Below, piece by piece: positions 17,239 to 28,372 of a DNA stretch of 59,854 bases. The stretch covers positions 1 to 59,854 of IMG/VR virus record IMGVR_UViG_3300030419_008063. One strand, given 5' to 3'. Below the pieces are notes generated by a model. The model saw only the letters and a program-made list of their open reading frames with translations, ran no database searches and was not told where the DNA came from. Position 1 is the stretch's first letter. The number at the start of each line of letters is the position of its first letter. Source of the DNA: a virus. Its lineage: Duplodnaviria; Caudoviricetes. A program made the position numbers and the translations under genes.

Positions 17239-17905
17239 ATATATTAAAAAGAAAACAAGAAATACCAAAAAATATTCTATTCATGGTTTCCTAAAAGTTT
17301 ATGTCTTACAACCTCTTCCTGAGAATGTTGAACTTTCCTATGTTATAGATAAAATACAAAACAACATACCAAAGAATTTTTTCTACAATATTGACGGAAT
17401 ATATATTACTAATATTCCAGAATTTGAAGAGAGAGAAATCAATGCCCTACATAAAGACGGTGTTATATATATTACACCAGAACAAGATGATAATGAAGAT
17501 TTGATTGATGATATTGTTCACGAAGTCGGACACGCGGTAGAAAAATATTACGAAAAAGAAATATATTCAGAAAGATCTATAGAAAAAGAATTCTTAGGAA
17601 AAAGAATGCGCCTATATGATCTTTTGAAAGCAGATGATCAAAATCCTGACATACTTCTGTTCAAAGACATTTATTTTTCCAGAGAAATGGATGATTATTT
17701 TTACAAAAACGTTGGGTATGATAGGTTATCGGCTCATACGATGGGCTTGTTTACTAGCCCTTACGCTCCCACATCTTTGAGCGAATATTTTGCAGAAGGA
17801 TTTGAAGAATATTTTATTGGAGATAGAAAATATATAAAAAATATAAGTCCACTTCTTTATAAAAAAATAAAAATGTTGCATGATTTAGATAGCTTGGAGG
17901 ATTGA
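17219..17905 (+). CDS. HExxH zincin-like protein (anthrax LF/ATLF-like motif arrangement)
   Basis: VHEVGHAV and SEYFAEGFEEY. Confidence 0.65.
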   Translation: MKRMIIEYIKKKTRNTKKYSIHGFLKVYVLQPLPENVELSYVIDKIQNNIPKNFFYNIDGIYITNIPEFEEREINALHKDGVIYITPEQDDNEDLIDDIVHEVGHAVEKYYEKEIYSERSIEKEFLGKRMRLYDLLKADDQNPDILLFKDIYFSREMDDYFYKNVGYDRLSAHTMGLFTSPYAPTSLSEYFAEGFEEYFIGDRKYIKNISPLLYKKIKMLHDLDSLED

Positions 17906-17909
17906 TTGT

Positions 17910-18212
17910 ATGGATTTTGAAGTAAAAGTCGATAAAATAAAGGGAATAGTTGAGGTTATAGTTGAATTGTCGCCTAGGCGTTTAGCCAAACAGCCAAAAG
18001 TACAATTCTCAGAGAGGGATGTAAGAAAAAGACTAGTAAAAGAAAATCCTAAATTAAAGGTTGGAGAATTGATTTCTGGCAAAAATACAAAGGTAAATAA
18101 TTATAATTCACTTTCCGGAAAGTGGGTTTACAAGCTATTAGTTGATAAGCCAAAGCCTGTTGTTCCTCGAAAAGTAAAAAAACAAACACCCTCTAAATAC
18201 CAAAAAAAATAA
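17910..18212 (+). CDS. hypothetical protein
   Basis: GGAGG SD, 100 aa. Confidence 0.75.
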   Translation: MDFEVKVDKIKGIVEVIVELSPRRLAKQPKVQFSERDVRKRLVKENPKLKVGELISGKNTKVNNYNSLSGKWVYKLLVDKPKPVVPRKVKKQTPSKYQKK

Positions 18213-18226
18213 AGAAAGGAGGCGTA

Positions 18227-19009
18227 ATGCCTCACATATCATTTTCGGCACTGAAAGTATGGAACGAGTGCCCCTACAAACACAAGCTCACTTATATAGA
18301 TAAAATAGAAGAGTTCAGAGGAAATGCTTACACAGCGTTCGGATCTGCTATTCATGAGGTGTGCGAAAAAATTCTTCTTAAAGAATATGATCATAGTAAA
18401 GCTCCAGAGAAATTCAGAAAAGCATTTATAAGCGAACTCAATTCTCTGCCTCAAGAAATAAAGGTAAATTTGGATGAAAATTTGCTAAAACAAATGCTTG
18501 AACAAGGTTTGAAATTGGCTCCATTGGCAATCCCATATCTTGAAAAACATTTTGGAAAATTTGAAATAATATCCTCAGAAGAACAATTATATGAACCAAT
18601 TACAGAATATTCTGACGAGGATTATGATTTCAAAGGGTTTATTGACTTGGTGATTAGAACTGAAGACGATAAATATCACATTGTCGATTGGAAAACTTGT
18701 TCTTGGGGTTGGGATATGAGAAGAAAATCCGAACCTATGACAACTTATCAGCTAACTCTTTATAAACATTATTATGCCCAAAAACATGATATCAATCCAA
18801 AAGATGTCGAAACTCACTTTGCTTTATTGAAAAGGACTGCAAAAAAAGATCAAGTTGAAATATTCAGAGTAACGTCTGGTCAGAAAAAAAGTAAAAATGC
18901 GCTTAATTTATTAAACAAAGCGTTGTATAATATTGATAAGAATATTTTTATAAAGAATCGACTTTCCTGTAGAAATTGTGGATTCTACAAAACCATACAT
19001 TGTAAATAA
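18227..19009 (+). CDS. PD-(D/E)xK nuclease, Cas4/AddB-like with Fe-S staple cysteines
   Basis: N-terminal ECPYK, GSAIHE, GFIDLV, IVDWKT, QLTLY, C-terminal CRNC...C. Confidence 0.85.
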   Translation: MPHISFSALKVWNECPYKHKLTYIDKIEEFRGNAYTAFGSAIHEVCEKILLKEYDHSKAPEKFRKAFISELNSLPQEIKVNLDENLLKQMLEQGLKLAPLAIPYLEKHFGKFEIISSEEQLYEPITEYSDEDYDFKGFIDLVIRTEDDKYHIVDWKTCSWGWDMRRKSEPMTTYQLTLYKHYYAQKHDINPKDVETHFALLKRTAKKDQVEIFRVTSGQKKSKNALNLLNKALYNIDKNIFIKNRLSCRNCGFYKTIHCK

Positions 19010-19020
19010 GGGGAAAAAAA

Positions 19021-20286
19021 TTGGATAAAAAAATAAAAGTGCTTACCATTAGTGATCACCCTTTGAGTCCGTCAGGTGTCGGATCGCAAACCAGATATGT
19101 GATAGAAGCGTTGTTGAAAACTGAAAAATTTAAGTTTATTTGTCTGGGCGGAGCAATGAAACATAGTGATTATCGCCCAATGCAGACGGAAGAATGGAAG
19201 GACGAATGGATTATTTATCCAGTCGATGGATATGGCACTGAAGAAGTTGTAAGATCTGTTTTAAGAACAGAAAGACCAGATATTCTTTGGTTTATGACGG
19301 ATCCGCGTTTTTATGAATGGTTATGGGGCATGGAGCATGAGATCAGAACTTTAGTTCCCATGGTTTATTATCACGTATGGGACAATTACCCGCTTCCAAA
19401 ATTCAATAATAAGTTTTACAGATCAAACGATTTCATCGCGGCAATTTCGAAAGTTACACATGACATTGTACAGAAAGTTTCACCTGATGTTGATAGCGAA
19501 TATGTGCCACATAGTGTCAATACTGATATTTTCAAAAAATTAGACAATATAGATGAACTTAGAGAGCAACTTCTAGGAGAGGAAAATGAAAATAAATTTT
19601 TTGTCTTTTGGAATAATAGAAATGCTCGTCGCAAAATGACCGGATCGGTTCTTTGGTGGTATAAAGAGTTTCTTGATAATATAGGCAAAGACAATGCAAT
19701 AATGGTTATGCACACAGATCCTACCGATGTTCACGGTCAAGATCTTGCAATGCTTATCGATACTTTGGAATTGGACAAGTCTCAAATTCGAATTTCTTCG
19801 CAAAAAGTACCACCAGAAGCGTTGGCAACTGTATATAATGCCGCGGACGTAACCGTCAATATTTCAGATGCTGAAGGTTTTGGCTTGGCGACTTTGGAGT
19901 CTTTATCCTGCGAGACTCCTATTATTGTCAACATGACCGGCGGCTTGCAAGAACAGGTTACAGATGGTGAAAAATATTTCGGTGTAGGTATTGAACCATC
20001 GTCAAAGGCTGTGATTGGATCTCAGCAAGTTCCTTATATATATGAAGATAGAGTTTCTAAAGAAGATTTTGTAAAAGCCCTTGAACTCATGTACAATCTC
20101 TGGAAAGATAAGCCTGAAGAATATGAAAATTTGGGAAAAATGGGTCGAGAACATGTAGAGAAAAATTATAATTTTGAAACATTCAACAAACAGTGGACGG
20201 ATATTATGTTAAAAGTCCACGAAAAACATGGTTCATGGCAGACGAGAAAAAATTATAAATCATGGGAATTATTAGAGGTTAAATAA
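19021..20286 (+). CDS. glycosyltransferase family 4
   Basis: NRNARRK, EGFGLATLESLSC. Confidence 0.9.
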   Translation: MDKKIKVLTISDHPLSPSGVGSQTRYVIEALLKTEKFKFICLGGAMKHSDYRPMQTEEWKDEWIIYPVDGYGTEEVVRSVLRTERPDILWFMTDPRFYEWLWGMEHEIRTLVPMVYYHVWDNYPLPKFNNKFYRSNDFIAAISKVTHDIVQKVSPDVDSEYVPHSVNTDIFKKLDNIDELREQLLGEENENKFFVFWNNRNARRKMTGSVLWWYKEFLDNIGKDNAIMVMHTDPTDVHGQDLAMLIDTLELDKSQIRISSQKVPPEALATVYNAADVTVNISDAEGFGLATLESLSCETPIIVNMTGGLQEQVTDGEKYFGVGIEPSSKAVIGSQQVPYIYEDRVSKEDFVKALELMYNLWKDKPEEYENLGKMGREHVEKNYNFETFNKQWTDIMLKVHEKHGSWQTRKNYKSWELLEVK

Positions 20287-20288
20287 TA

Positions 20289-21575
20289 ATGAGAACAAAA
20301 GTATTTGTAAGAGGTCCGGTCTTGAGCAGGTCCGGCTACGGAGAGCATGCTCGTTTTATTCTCAGGTCGTTGAGATCTCAGCATGAAAAGTTTGATATAT
20401 ATGTACAGAATATAAACTGGGGTCAAACTGGATGGATTTTCGATGACAACGAAGAAAGGGAGTGGATCGATAGAAAAATTGAAAAAACGTCCACTCTAAT
20501 AGCTCAAAATAAGAAGCCGGCATATGATATGTCTATTCAAGTTACTATTCCCCAAGAATTTGAAAATCTTGCTCGCGTAAATATTGGAGCTACTGCCGGC
20601 ACAGAAACAACTAGAATATCCCCCCAATGGATTGAAAAATCAAACAACATGAACAAAATTATTTTTGTTTCAAACCATGCGAAAAGTGCATTTAAAAATT
20701 CGTCCTATTCAGGCCAAAATGCTGAAACTGGTCAAATTGTCAAAGATTTTAGATGCACTATACCTATGGACGTTGTAAATTATCCTGTTAGAATAGTGGA
20801 GCCATCTGATGCGGAATATAATTTTGATTATGATTTCAATTTTCTAATCATGGCACAATATTCGCCGCGAAAAAATCTAGAAAAAACTATTGAATGGTTA
20901 GTCGAAGAATTCTATGATAGGGAAGTAGGAATCATTTTAAAAATGAACCTAAAAAATGATTCCATTATTGATAGACACCATTCTTACGAAAAACTAAAGC
21001 AACATGTAGTTACAAAATATCCAGACATGAAATGTAAATTATATCTTCTTCATGGAACTTTGTCAGAAGGTGATATGTCGGCTCTTTTTCAACATCCCAA
21101 AGTCAAGGCAATGGTAAATATTGCCCACGGTGAGGGATTTGGCCTTCCTATATTTGAGGCAGCATATTATGGCTTACCTGTTATTTGCCCGGAATGGGGA
21201 GGTCAACTAGATTTTTTACATGTTCCTGTGAAAAACAAAAAAGGGAAAACAAAAAATAAAGCTTACTTTGCCAAGGTTGATTATGATATCAAGCCAATTC
21301 AAAAAGAAGCTGTTTGGGAACCAGTACTGACCAAGGACTCTAGCTGGTGTTATCCAAAACAGGGAAGTTTTAAGATGAAGTGCAGGGAGGTAGTCCGCGA
21401 TTATAAAAAATATAAGAAAATGGCCGAAACCTTGAGAAAGCATATTTTGAAAAACTTCAAAGAAGAAGATATGTATGAAAAATTTGTTTCTTGTATTGAG
21501 GAGTTTATAATCCCAAGCGCATCACAAGAAGAAGTTGATAATCTTTTCGCAGAACTAGTCGAAAGTGCAAGATGA
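20289..21575 (+). CDS. glycosyltransferase family 4
   Basis: SRSGYGEHAR, PRKN, GEGFGLPIFEAA. Confidence 0.9.
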   Translation: MRTKVFVRGPVLSRSGYGEHARFILRSLRSQHEKFDIYVQNINWGQTGWIFDDNEEREWIDRKIEKTSTLIAQNKKPAYDMSIQVTIPQEFENLARVNIGATAGTETTRISPQWIEKSNNMNKIIFVSNHAKSAFKNSSYSGQNAETGQIVKDFRCTIPMDVVNYPVRIVEPSDAEYNFDYDFNFLIMAQYSPRKNLEKTIEWLVEEFYDREVGIILKMNLKNDSIIDRHHSYEKLKQHVVTKYPDMKCKLYLLHGTLSEGDMSALFQHPKVKAMVNIAHGEGFGLPIFEAAYYGLPVICPEWGGQLDFLHVPVKNKKGKTKNKAYFAKVDYDIKPIQKEAVWEPVLTKDSSWCYPKQGSFKMKCREVVRDYKKYKKMAETLRKHILKNFKEEDMYEKFVSCIEEFIIPSASQEEVDNLFAELVESAR

Positions 21576-23191
21576 TAATATTTTGTTCAGATATTTTTAG
21601 AGAATTTTATGCCGGCGGTGCGGAGTTAACAACCGATGCAATTATAGAAGATTCTTTGATCCCTGTGGGGAAAATATTTTCTTCATCTGTCAACATGAAA
21701 ACTCTTGAACAGAATAAGGACAAATTTTGGGTATTTAGCAATTTTAGTAATTTATCGGATAACGCTCTTTTTTATATTGCAAAAAATATAAAATATGCAA
21801 CTTTGGAATATGATTATAAATATTGTGAATATAGATTGCCGGAACTGCATAAACATGTTGAGAAAAAAGATTGCGATTGTCATAATTCGACAAGGGGAAA
21901 AATTATTTCTATTTTTCTCAAGAATGCGCAAGCTACTTTTTGGATGTCTCACAAGCAAAAAAAACATTATGAGGAAATGTTTCCTTTTTTATCTAAACAT
22001 AATAATATTGTTCTTAGTTCGGTGTTTTCCAGTGAGTCTTTGGAATATTTTAGAGAGTATCAAAAAAATCCCAAAAAGAAGAATGATAAATGGATTATAA
22101 CTGGCAACCCATCATGGGTGAAGGGCCTCCAAGCTTCTATCAAATATGCTGAAGATAACGAATTAGATTATGAAATTGTCAATGGCATACCTTATGACGA
22201 AATGTTGGATAAGCTGGCAGAATCAAAAGGTATAATATTTTTTCCCAAAGGCAGGGATACATGCCCTAGATTTACAATTGAAGCAGCTTTGCTTGGTTGC
22301 GAAACAATACTAAATGAAAATGTACAGCACAGAGACGAAAAATGGTTTGAAAATCCAAAAACAATTTTGGAATATATGGAAAAAAGAACAGAAGTTTTCT
22401 GGAGAGAGTGTTTCAAATACGTTCCAGAAATTCCAAAAGTAGATAAATTAGACGAAAATACGCATTTTAAGATTGTGGTTCCTTTCTACAATGCTGAAAG
22501 GTGGATTGAAAAGTGTATTAATAGTGTAAAAATGCAAAATTATGACAATTTTACGTGTTATTTGGTCGACGATATATCTACCGACAACACTGTGGAATTA
22601 GCCAAAAAAATAATCAAAGACGATAAAAGATTTAGAATAATTGAAAATAAAGAAAAAAAATATGCTTTAGGAAATATTCATGACACAGTTGAACACTCTG
22701 AAGCGAAGGATGATGATGTTATTATTCTTTTGGATGGGGATGATTGGCTGTCATGTTATGATGTTCTCCCTAAGTTGAACGAAGTTTATCAAACAAATGA
22801 TTGTACAATGACTTATGGCAGCTATTTCATGCACCCGTTTGGTGTGCGAGGTGTTGAGCCATCAGAATATCCCAAAGAAGTTATAGAATCTAACGGATAT
22901 AGGGAAGATAAGTGGCGAGCTTCTCACCTGAGAACGTTCAAATACTTATTGTGGAAAAACTTGGATAAAAATGATTTGAAATATGAGAATGGTGAATTTT
23001 TCAAAATGACGTATGATCAGGCAATCATGCTTCCGTTGCTTGAAATGTCTGGAGAGAAAGCAAAATATATAGATCATATTATGCACGTATATAATAAGGA
23101 AAATCCGTTGAATATTGACAAGAACAAAGCAGAAGAACAACACAACTTAGCTTTGAAAATAAGAAATAAGAAAAAATATAAAAGAATATGA
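21572..23191 (+). CDS. GT4-like plus GT2 fusion glycosyltransferase
   Basis: GGAELT, DTCPRFTIEA; then VPFYNAE, VDDISTD, LDGDDWL. Confidence 0.85.
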   Translation: MIIFCSDIFREFYAGGAELTTDAIIEDSLIPVGKIFSSSVNMKTLEQNKDKFWVFSNFSNLSDNALFYIAKNIKYATLEYDYKYCEYRLPELHKHVEKKDCDCHNSTRGKIISIFLKNAQATFWMSHKQKKHYEEMFPFLSKHNNIVLSSVFSSESLEYFREYQKNPKKKNDKWIITGNPSWVKGLQASIKYAEDNELDYEIVNGIPYDEMLDKLAESKGIIFFPKGRDTCPRFTIEAALLGCETILNENVQHRDEKWFENPKTILEYMEKRTEVFWRECFKYVPEIPKVDKLDENTHFKIVVPFYNAERWIEKCINSVKMQNYDNFTCYLVDDISTDNTVELAKKIIKDDKRFRIIENKEKKYALGNIHDTVEHSEAKDDDVIILLDGDDWLSCYDVLPKLNEVYQTNDCTMTYGSYFMHPFGVRGVEPSEYPKEVIESNGYREDKWRASHLRTFKYLLWKNLDKNDLKYENGEFFKMTYDQAIMLPLLEMSGEKAKYIDHIMHVYNKENPLNIDKNKAEEQHNLALKIRNKKKYKRI

Positions 23192-24084
23192 ACATCCATT
23201 TTGAGAACGTTGACATCAATAGTCATAGTGGGCCAAATTCTTTTGCTTCAAAACTTGTAAAGTATATGAAACAAAGGGGGCACTCTTTTGATCCTTCTTT
23301 ACCAGCCGATGTCGATCTTTGTTTTATAGAATCTTTCAAAGCAAAGCATAACAATCCAATGGTGTTGAGGCTGGACGGAATTTATTTCAATACAATGCAG
23401 GATTATAATTTTCAAAATAGAAATATACGCCTTAGCTATGAGAGAGCCGACGGCGTTATTATTCAATCTGAATTTGACAAGAAATTGATATTTGAGTATT
23501 TTGGAGAGCACAGAAACGCAACAGTTATTCGAAACGGCGCAGATACCGAATTCATTAAAAGAATCCAGCCAGCTCTAAATACAAGGTTTGATAAGATTTG
23601 GTCTTGCGCTTCATACTGGCGACCTCATAAAAGATTAGATGAGAATATAAAATATTTTCTAGAGCATTCCGGAAAAAATGATTGTCTTTTTGTTGCCGGC
23701 ACCATACCACCAGAACATGAAAGGTTTGAGGACGGAAGAATTTTATACACTGGCGAGCTAGATTTAGAACATTTATTGAAACTATATAAAACATCAGACT
23801 ATTTTGTTCACTTGGCATGGCTAGATCATTGTCCAAATGTTGTTGTTGATGCAAAAGCAGCCGGCTGTAAGATTATTTGTTCTTCTGCTGGAGGAACATC
23901 AGAAATAGCTGGAAATGGTGACATCATAATACAAGAGGAAGAGTGGAATTTTGAACCGGTTGAGCTTTATAATCCTCCAAAATTAGATTTTTCCAAAAAA
24001 ATAATAAAAAAAGAAAACACAGATGTATGTATGAAATTTGTTTCTGAAAAGTATGAAAAATTCTTAGAAGAAACTAAGAGATAA
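23188..24084 (+). CDS. glycosyltransferase family 4
   Basis: SGPNSF, WRPHKR, DHCPNVVVDA. Confidence 0.85.
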   Translation: MNIHFENVDINSHSGPNSFASKLVKYMKQRGHSFDPSLPADVDLCFIESFKAKHNNPMVLRLDGIYFNTMQDYNFQNRNIRLSYERADGVIIQSEFDKKLIFEYFGEHRNATVIRNGADTEFIKRIQPALNTRFDKIWSCASYWRPHKRLDENIKYFLEHSGKNDCLFVAGTIPPEHERFEDGRILYTGELDLEHLLKLYKTSDYFVHLAWLDHCPNVVVDAKAAGCKIICSSAGGTSEIAGNGDIIIQEEEWNFEPVELYNPPKLDFSKKIIKKENTDVCMKFVSEKYEKFLEETKR

Positions 24085-24086
24085 AA

Positions 24087-25016
24087 ATGAAAAAAATTTA
24101 TATTTTAGATGGTAATGAAAATTGGATTTGTGATAGATTCACAAGAGAGTGGCGCACAAACAATCCGGAACTTTGTGCCAAAAATCCCATGGAAGCCGAT
24201 ATTCTCTGGCTTCTAGCAGAATGGAAGTGGGATTCTATTCCTCCAAGCATTTTAGATGAGAAAAAAGTAGTTGTTACCATTCATCACATCGTCCCGGAAA
24301 AGTTTCACAAAGAAAAGGCTTTTGGGTTTTCTTTTCGAGATAAGTTTGTTGATTTATATCACGTCCCTTGTTATAAGACTATGATGGCTCTTAGGCCTTT
24401 GACTTCAAAACCAATAGAGATAGCACCTTTTTGGGTAAATTCAGATATTTTCTTCGAGATTGAAAATAAACAAACTCTGAGAGAAAAATATAATATTGCT
24501 GTTGACAAATTTGTTATAGGTTCTTTTCAAAGAGATACAGAAGGGCATGATCTCAAGAGCCCAAAGCTTGAAAAAGGCCCGGATATATTTTGTGATGTAG
24601 TTGAACATCTTCACTCTAAAAATAAAAATATTCAAGTTTTGTTGGCCGGTTGGAGGAGGCAATATGTTATTAATCGCCTAGAGACTGCCGGAATCAAATA
24701 TTATTATTATGAATTTTGTGATTTTGAAACGTTAAATGAGTTATATAATTGTTTAGATTTATATATTGTATCTTCTAGATGTGAAGGCGGACCTCAAGCA
24801 ATCGTAGAATGCGGAATAACAAAAACGCCGATTATCTCAACAGATGTGGGATTAGCTAGTCGTTTTTTACCCCATGAAAGTATAGCAGATAGCGATAAAT
24901 TGTTATTTGCAGAACCAAATGTTGAACAAACTTATAAAAATGTGGTAGAATATGAAATAGGCAAGTACATGAAAAAATTTAACAATCTAATCATAAACAG
25001 TGAGAAATTATTATGA
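24087..25016 (+). CDS. glycosyltransferase family 4
   Basis: EKGPD, SRCEGGPQAIVEC, STDVG. Confidence 0.85.
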   Translation: MKKIYILDGNENWICDRFTREWRTNNPELCAKNPMEADILWLLAEWKWDSIPPSILDEKKVVVTIHHIVPEKFHKEKAFGFSFRDKFVDLYHVPCYKTMMALRPLTSKPIEIAPFWVNSDIFFEIENKQTLREKYNIAVDKFVIGSFQRDTEGHDLKSPKLEKGPDIFCDVVEHLHSKNKNIQVLLAGWRRQYVINRLETAGIKYYYYEFCDFETLNELYNCLDLYIVSSRCEGGPQAIVECGITKTPIISTDVGLASRFLPHESIADSDKLLFAEPNVEQTYKNVVEYEIGKYMKKFNNLIINSEKLL

Positions 25017-26629
25017 AAATAGCAGGGGTATATTCAGGTCACGATTGTTCTTTTTATATTTCGGAAAACGGAAAACCGATTGTGCATGCGGAATATGAAA
25101 GGTATATCAGAGAAAAAGAACCAGAAGGCGATTCAATAGGGTTTATGTTCGAGGAATATAATCAGTGTGATGATATCAAGCATGTTGCTCTTTGTCATCC
25201 GGTTTCAAAAACTGCTGGATATAAAGAATCTTATGAAAAACTTAAAAACATCGTAAAGAAGAATGACGGAGAAATATATTCCGTTGGACATCACCAAGCA
25301 CACGCAGCAAATGCATTTTTTTCTAGCAATTTTGAAGATGCTCTTATTATAACAATCGATGGTGGAGGGTATGAAGATAACAACTTTGTATCTGCCTGTA
25401 CGGCATGGAAAGGCAAAGGGAACAAAGTTGAGCCGCTCCATCTCTTTCCTTTGGAAAAAATAAATATTGGCGGAATATGGACCAGAGTTACAAGATATAT
25501 TTTTAAATTATCTTCTGGGTGGCCAAGAGGACATTCTGCTGGGACTGTGATGGCCATGGCAGCTTTGGGCAACTCGGAGAGATTTTTAGATGATTTTTAT
25601 AAGATGTTGACAACAGACTTGGCAATGGCCTCCGCGCGTCCGCACAACCAGCCAAAAGGGGTTTATGATGGAAACGATCCTGAACATCCTTATTTGAAGA
25701 AGTGGGCTAAACTAGCAGATGAAAGTGAAGAGAATAAATTTGATATTGCGGCCGCTTTGCAGAAAGCAACAGAGAAATATCTCAAAGGATTGATAGGGGA
25801 GATACTTCAGAAAAATCCAAGCAAGAATCTTTGTCTTTCTGGCGGTGTCGCTCTAAATTCAGTCGCAGTGGGTAAATTTAGAAAATGGTTTCCAGATTTG
25901 GAGGGCATTTATGTTACACCAACACCACATGATGGTGGGTTGCCAATTGGGGCTGCTCAATATGTGTGGCATCAAATATTAGACAATCCGAGAATCAAGT
26001 GGGAAGATAATTATACTCCTTATCTGGGATATGTTTATGAAAATGTTGAAGAGACTTTGAAAAATTACTTTGACAAGGTGGAGTGGCGAAAAGCTTCTGA
26101 CGATCAGGTGGTAGATCTTTTGTCGGAAGAAAATATAATCGCAGTATTTGGAGGAGGCTCAGAGTCTGGAAGAAGGGCTTTGGGGAATAGAAGCATCCTT
26201 GCAGATCCTCGTAGTCCGAATATGAAAGATTTGATCAACGAAAAGGTAAAACACAGACAGTGGTTTAGGCCATTTGCACCTTCTATTCTCCGTGAAGAGG
26301 TTTCTAAATGGTTTGAAGAAGATATTCCCAGCCCTTATATGAGTTTTGTTCTTAAATTCAAAGAAGAGGCAAGAGACAAAGTTCCGGCCGTTGTTCATTT
26401 TGATGGCTCAGCAAGACTTCAAACAGTGGCCGAAAAAGATAATAAATGGTATTATAATTTCATAAAAAAATGGCATAAAAAATCAGGTGTCCCCATTGTT
26501 CTCAACACCAGTTTCAATGATCGAGAACCTATATGCGAAACAGCCCAACACGCAGTGAACTGTTTTCTAAAGACTGATATTGATTATTTATATTTTTATG
26601 ATGAAAATTTATTGGTTAGCAAGAGATAG
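25013..26629 (+). CDS. carbamoyltransferase (NodU/CmcH/TobZ family)
   Basis: GHD, ER..R.K, HHQAHAA, IDGGG, GGVALN, RALGNRSILADP, RPFAPS, LNTSFN. Confidence 0.95.
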   Translation: MKIAGVYSGHDCSFYISENGKPIVHAEYERYIREKEPEGDSIGFMFEEYNQCDDIKHVALCHPVSKTAGYKESYEKLKNIVKKNDGEIYSVGHHQAHAANAFFSSNFEDALIITIDGGGYEDNNFVSACTAWKGKGNKVEPLHLFPLEKINIGGIWTRVTRYIFKLSSGWPRGHSAGTVMAMAALGNSERFLDDFYKMLTTDLAMASARPHNQPKGVYDGNDPEHPYLKKWAKLADESEENKFDIAAALQKATEKYLKGLIGEILQKNPSKNLCLSGGVALNSVAVGKFRKWFPDLEGIYVTPTPHDGGLPIGAAQYVWHQILDNPRIKWEDNYTPYLGYVYENVEETLKNYFDKVEWRKASDDQVVDLLSEENIIAVFGGGSESGRRALGNRSILADPRSPNMKDLINEKVKHRQWFRPFAPSILREEVSKWFEEDIPSPYMSFVLKFKEEARDKVPAVVHFDGSARLQTVAEKDNKWYYNFIKKWHKKSGVPIVLNTSFNDREPICETAQHAVNCFLKTDIDYLYFYDENLLVSKR

Positions 26630-26640
26630 GAGAAAAAGTT

Positions 26641-27441
26641 TTGAAAATAGGCATTCTCGGAGTAGGGGTAGTTGGAAGCGCTGTCAAGTATGGTCTTGAA
26701 AAACTAGGCCACAATATTTGGGTACACGATCTTAGGCTTGGGACGACAATTCAAAATGTCCTAGGCACAGAGATGTGCTATATCTGTGTTCCTACACCTT
26801 CTTTAGAAACTGGACAGTGTGATACTGCTATTGTTGAAAAAGTGGTTCACGAACTAGAACAACATGGTTATGATGGCATTATTGCCATAAAATCGACTGT
26901 GGAGCCCGGAACAACCGAAAAGCTGAGAAAAGAGACCGGTAACGACAAAATTTGTTTTGTTCCGGAATTTCTTAGAGAACGTTGTGCTATATCAGACTTT
27001 ATTGAAAATCACGACCTGTGTGTCATAGGAACGGAGGATATGAAAATATTTGATTTGGTGAAAAAGTCTCACGGCTCTTATCCAAAGAAAGTAGTACAAT
27101 TATCTCCAACAGAAGCAGAATTTTGCAAATATTTTAGCAATGTCTACAATGCTACATTGATAACCTTTGCAAACAATTTTTCCGAAATATGTGAAAAAAT
27201 GAATGTCAATTACAGCAATGTCAAGAATGCCGTTGTAAACAGGAACCATATAACGGATAGTTATCTAGATTGCAATGACAGTTTTCGGGGCTTCGGCGGC
27301 GTGTGCCTTCCCAAAGATACTAAAGCTATGGCGTTTATCTCTTCGATGCTTGAAACGGAGGGGGAGATGTTCGAATTTCTTATAAAAGAGAATAATAAAT
27401 ATAAAATAACAGTTCCAAAGGGGATGAGAGATGACTCCTAA
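26641..27441 (+). CDS. UDP-glucose/GDP-mannose dehydrogenase family, lacking the C-terminal domain
   Basis: GVGVVG, CVPTP, KSTVEPGTT, PEFLRE, GFGGVCLPKD; only 266 aa. Confidence 0.85.
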   Translation: MKIGILGVGVVGSAVKYGLEKLGHNIWVHDLRLGTTIQNVLGTEMCYICVPTPSLETGQCDTAIVEKVVHELEQHGYDGIIAIKSTVEPGTTEKLRKETGNDKICFVPEFLRERCAISDFIENHDLCVIGTEDMKIFDLVKKSHGSYPKKVVQLSPTEAEFCKYFSNVYNATLITFANNFSEICEKMNVNYSNVKNAVVNRNHITDSYLDCNDSFRGFGGVCLPKDTKAMAFISSMLETEGEMFEFLIKENNKYKITVPKGMRDDS

Positions 27442-28372
27442 AGTAACATTTGGTATTATAAATTATAATAGATTATTTTATTTGAAGAGTTGTGCTGAAT
27501 CTTTGATGGAGTCTGTAGAGGATTATGATAATGTAGAATTTATCTGCATTGATGATGATAGTAGGGAAGTTGGCACCAAGGCATATCTAGCCTCTTTGCG
27601 AGAAAGAGGATGGACAGTTATTAACCAAGAAGAATATAGGATAGGCAGAAAACTAGTAACAGATGAATATAATGATACTACTCATATGAACGCTTTTGCC
27701 GATGCTTTAAATATAATTTTGAAAAAATCATCCGGCCAACTTTTTGTACCGCTTCAGGGGGACATGGAATTTGTGAGAAAAGGATGGCTTCCTGATTATG
27801 TTGAATTATTTTCAAAAAGACGCGATATTGGATGTGTTCTTTTAGACGCACAGAGAAAAGCTAGGTTGAAAAAAGCGAAGTTTGAGGAACAGATTTTTAC
27901 TAAAACAAATCTTTTTGCTGTTGATGTGGATAGGAAAATATCTGGTGCGGGAGATGCAATGTATAGAACATCTTTGGTCAAAGATTTGGGGGGTTGGAAC
28001 CCCTCTCCCGCTTTGACAAAATTTGGAAACAATCCAACCTCAGAGACTGATTTCATAATCAGGGCATATACAGAACACGGTGACAAAATAAAAATATATC
28101 AACCATTTAAACCTCCGGCCGTTGCGATATTGACAGATCCAAGCGGAACAAACGCTAGGATAAGGGGTGGAAAAAGATATGGAAGCTATTGGCAGGCAAT
28201 GGATAATAGATATTATATATGGAGCAACACACAATGGAAAAACGACGAAAGGCCACAATCTATAGAGGAGTTGGTTGTTACAAATGGTAATTGGGAATTA
28301 CCAATCGATGAAAATGGAGACATAATAAAGTTAGGAACAAAAATTGATCTGCTTGAATACGAGGAGATATAA
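27431..28372 (+). CDS. glycosyltransferase family 2
   Basis: IINYNR, CIDDDS, LQGDM. Confidence 0.75.
   Translation: MTPKVTFGIINYNRLFYLKSCAESLMESVEDYDNVEFICIDDDSREVGTKAYLASLRERGWTVINQEEYRIGRKLVTDEYNDTTHMNAFADALNIILKKSSGQLFVPLQGDMEFVRKGWLPDYVELFSKRRDIGCVLLDAQRKARLKKAKFEEQIFTKTNLFAVDVDRKISGAGDAMYRTSLVKDLGGWNPSPALTKFGNNPTSETDFIIRAYTEHGDKIKIYQPFKPPAVAILTDPSGTNARIRGGKRYGSYWQAMDNRYYIWSNTQWKNDERPQSIEELVVTNGNWELPIDENGDIIKLGTKIDLLEYEEI

Noticed and set aside
18227-19009. Cas4-like nuclease as a sign of CRISPR-Cas
   Set aside because: No repeat-spacer array or other cas genes seen; solo Cas4-like nucleases are common in phages
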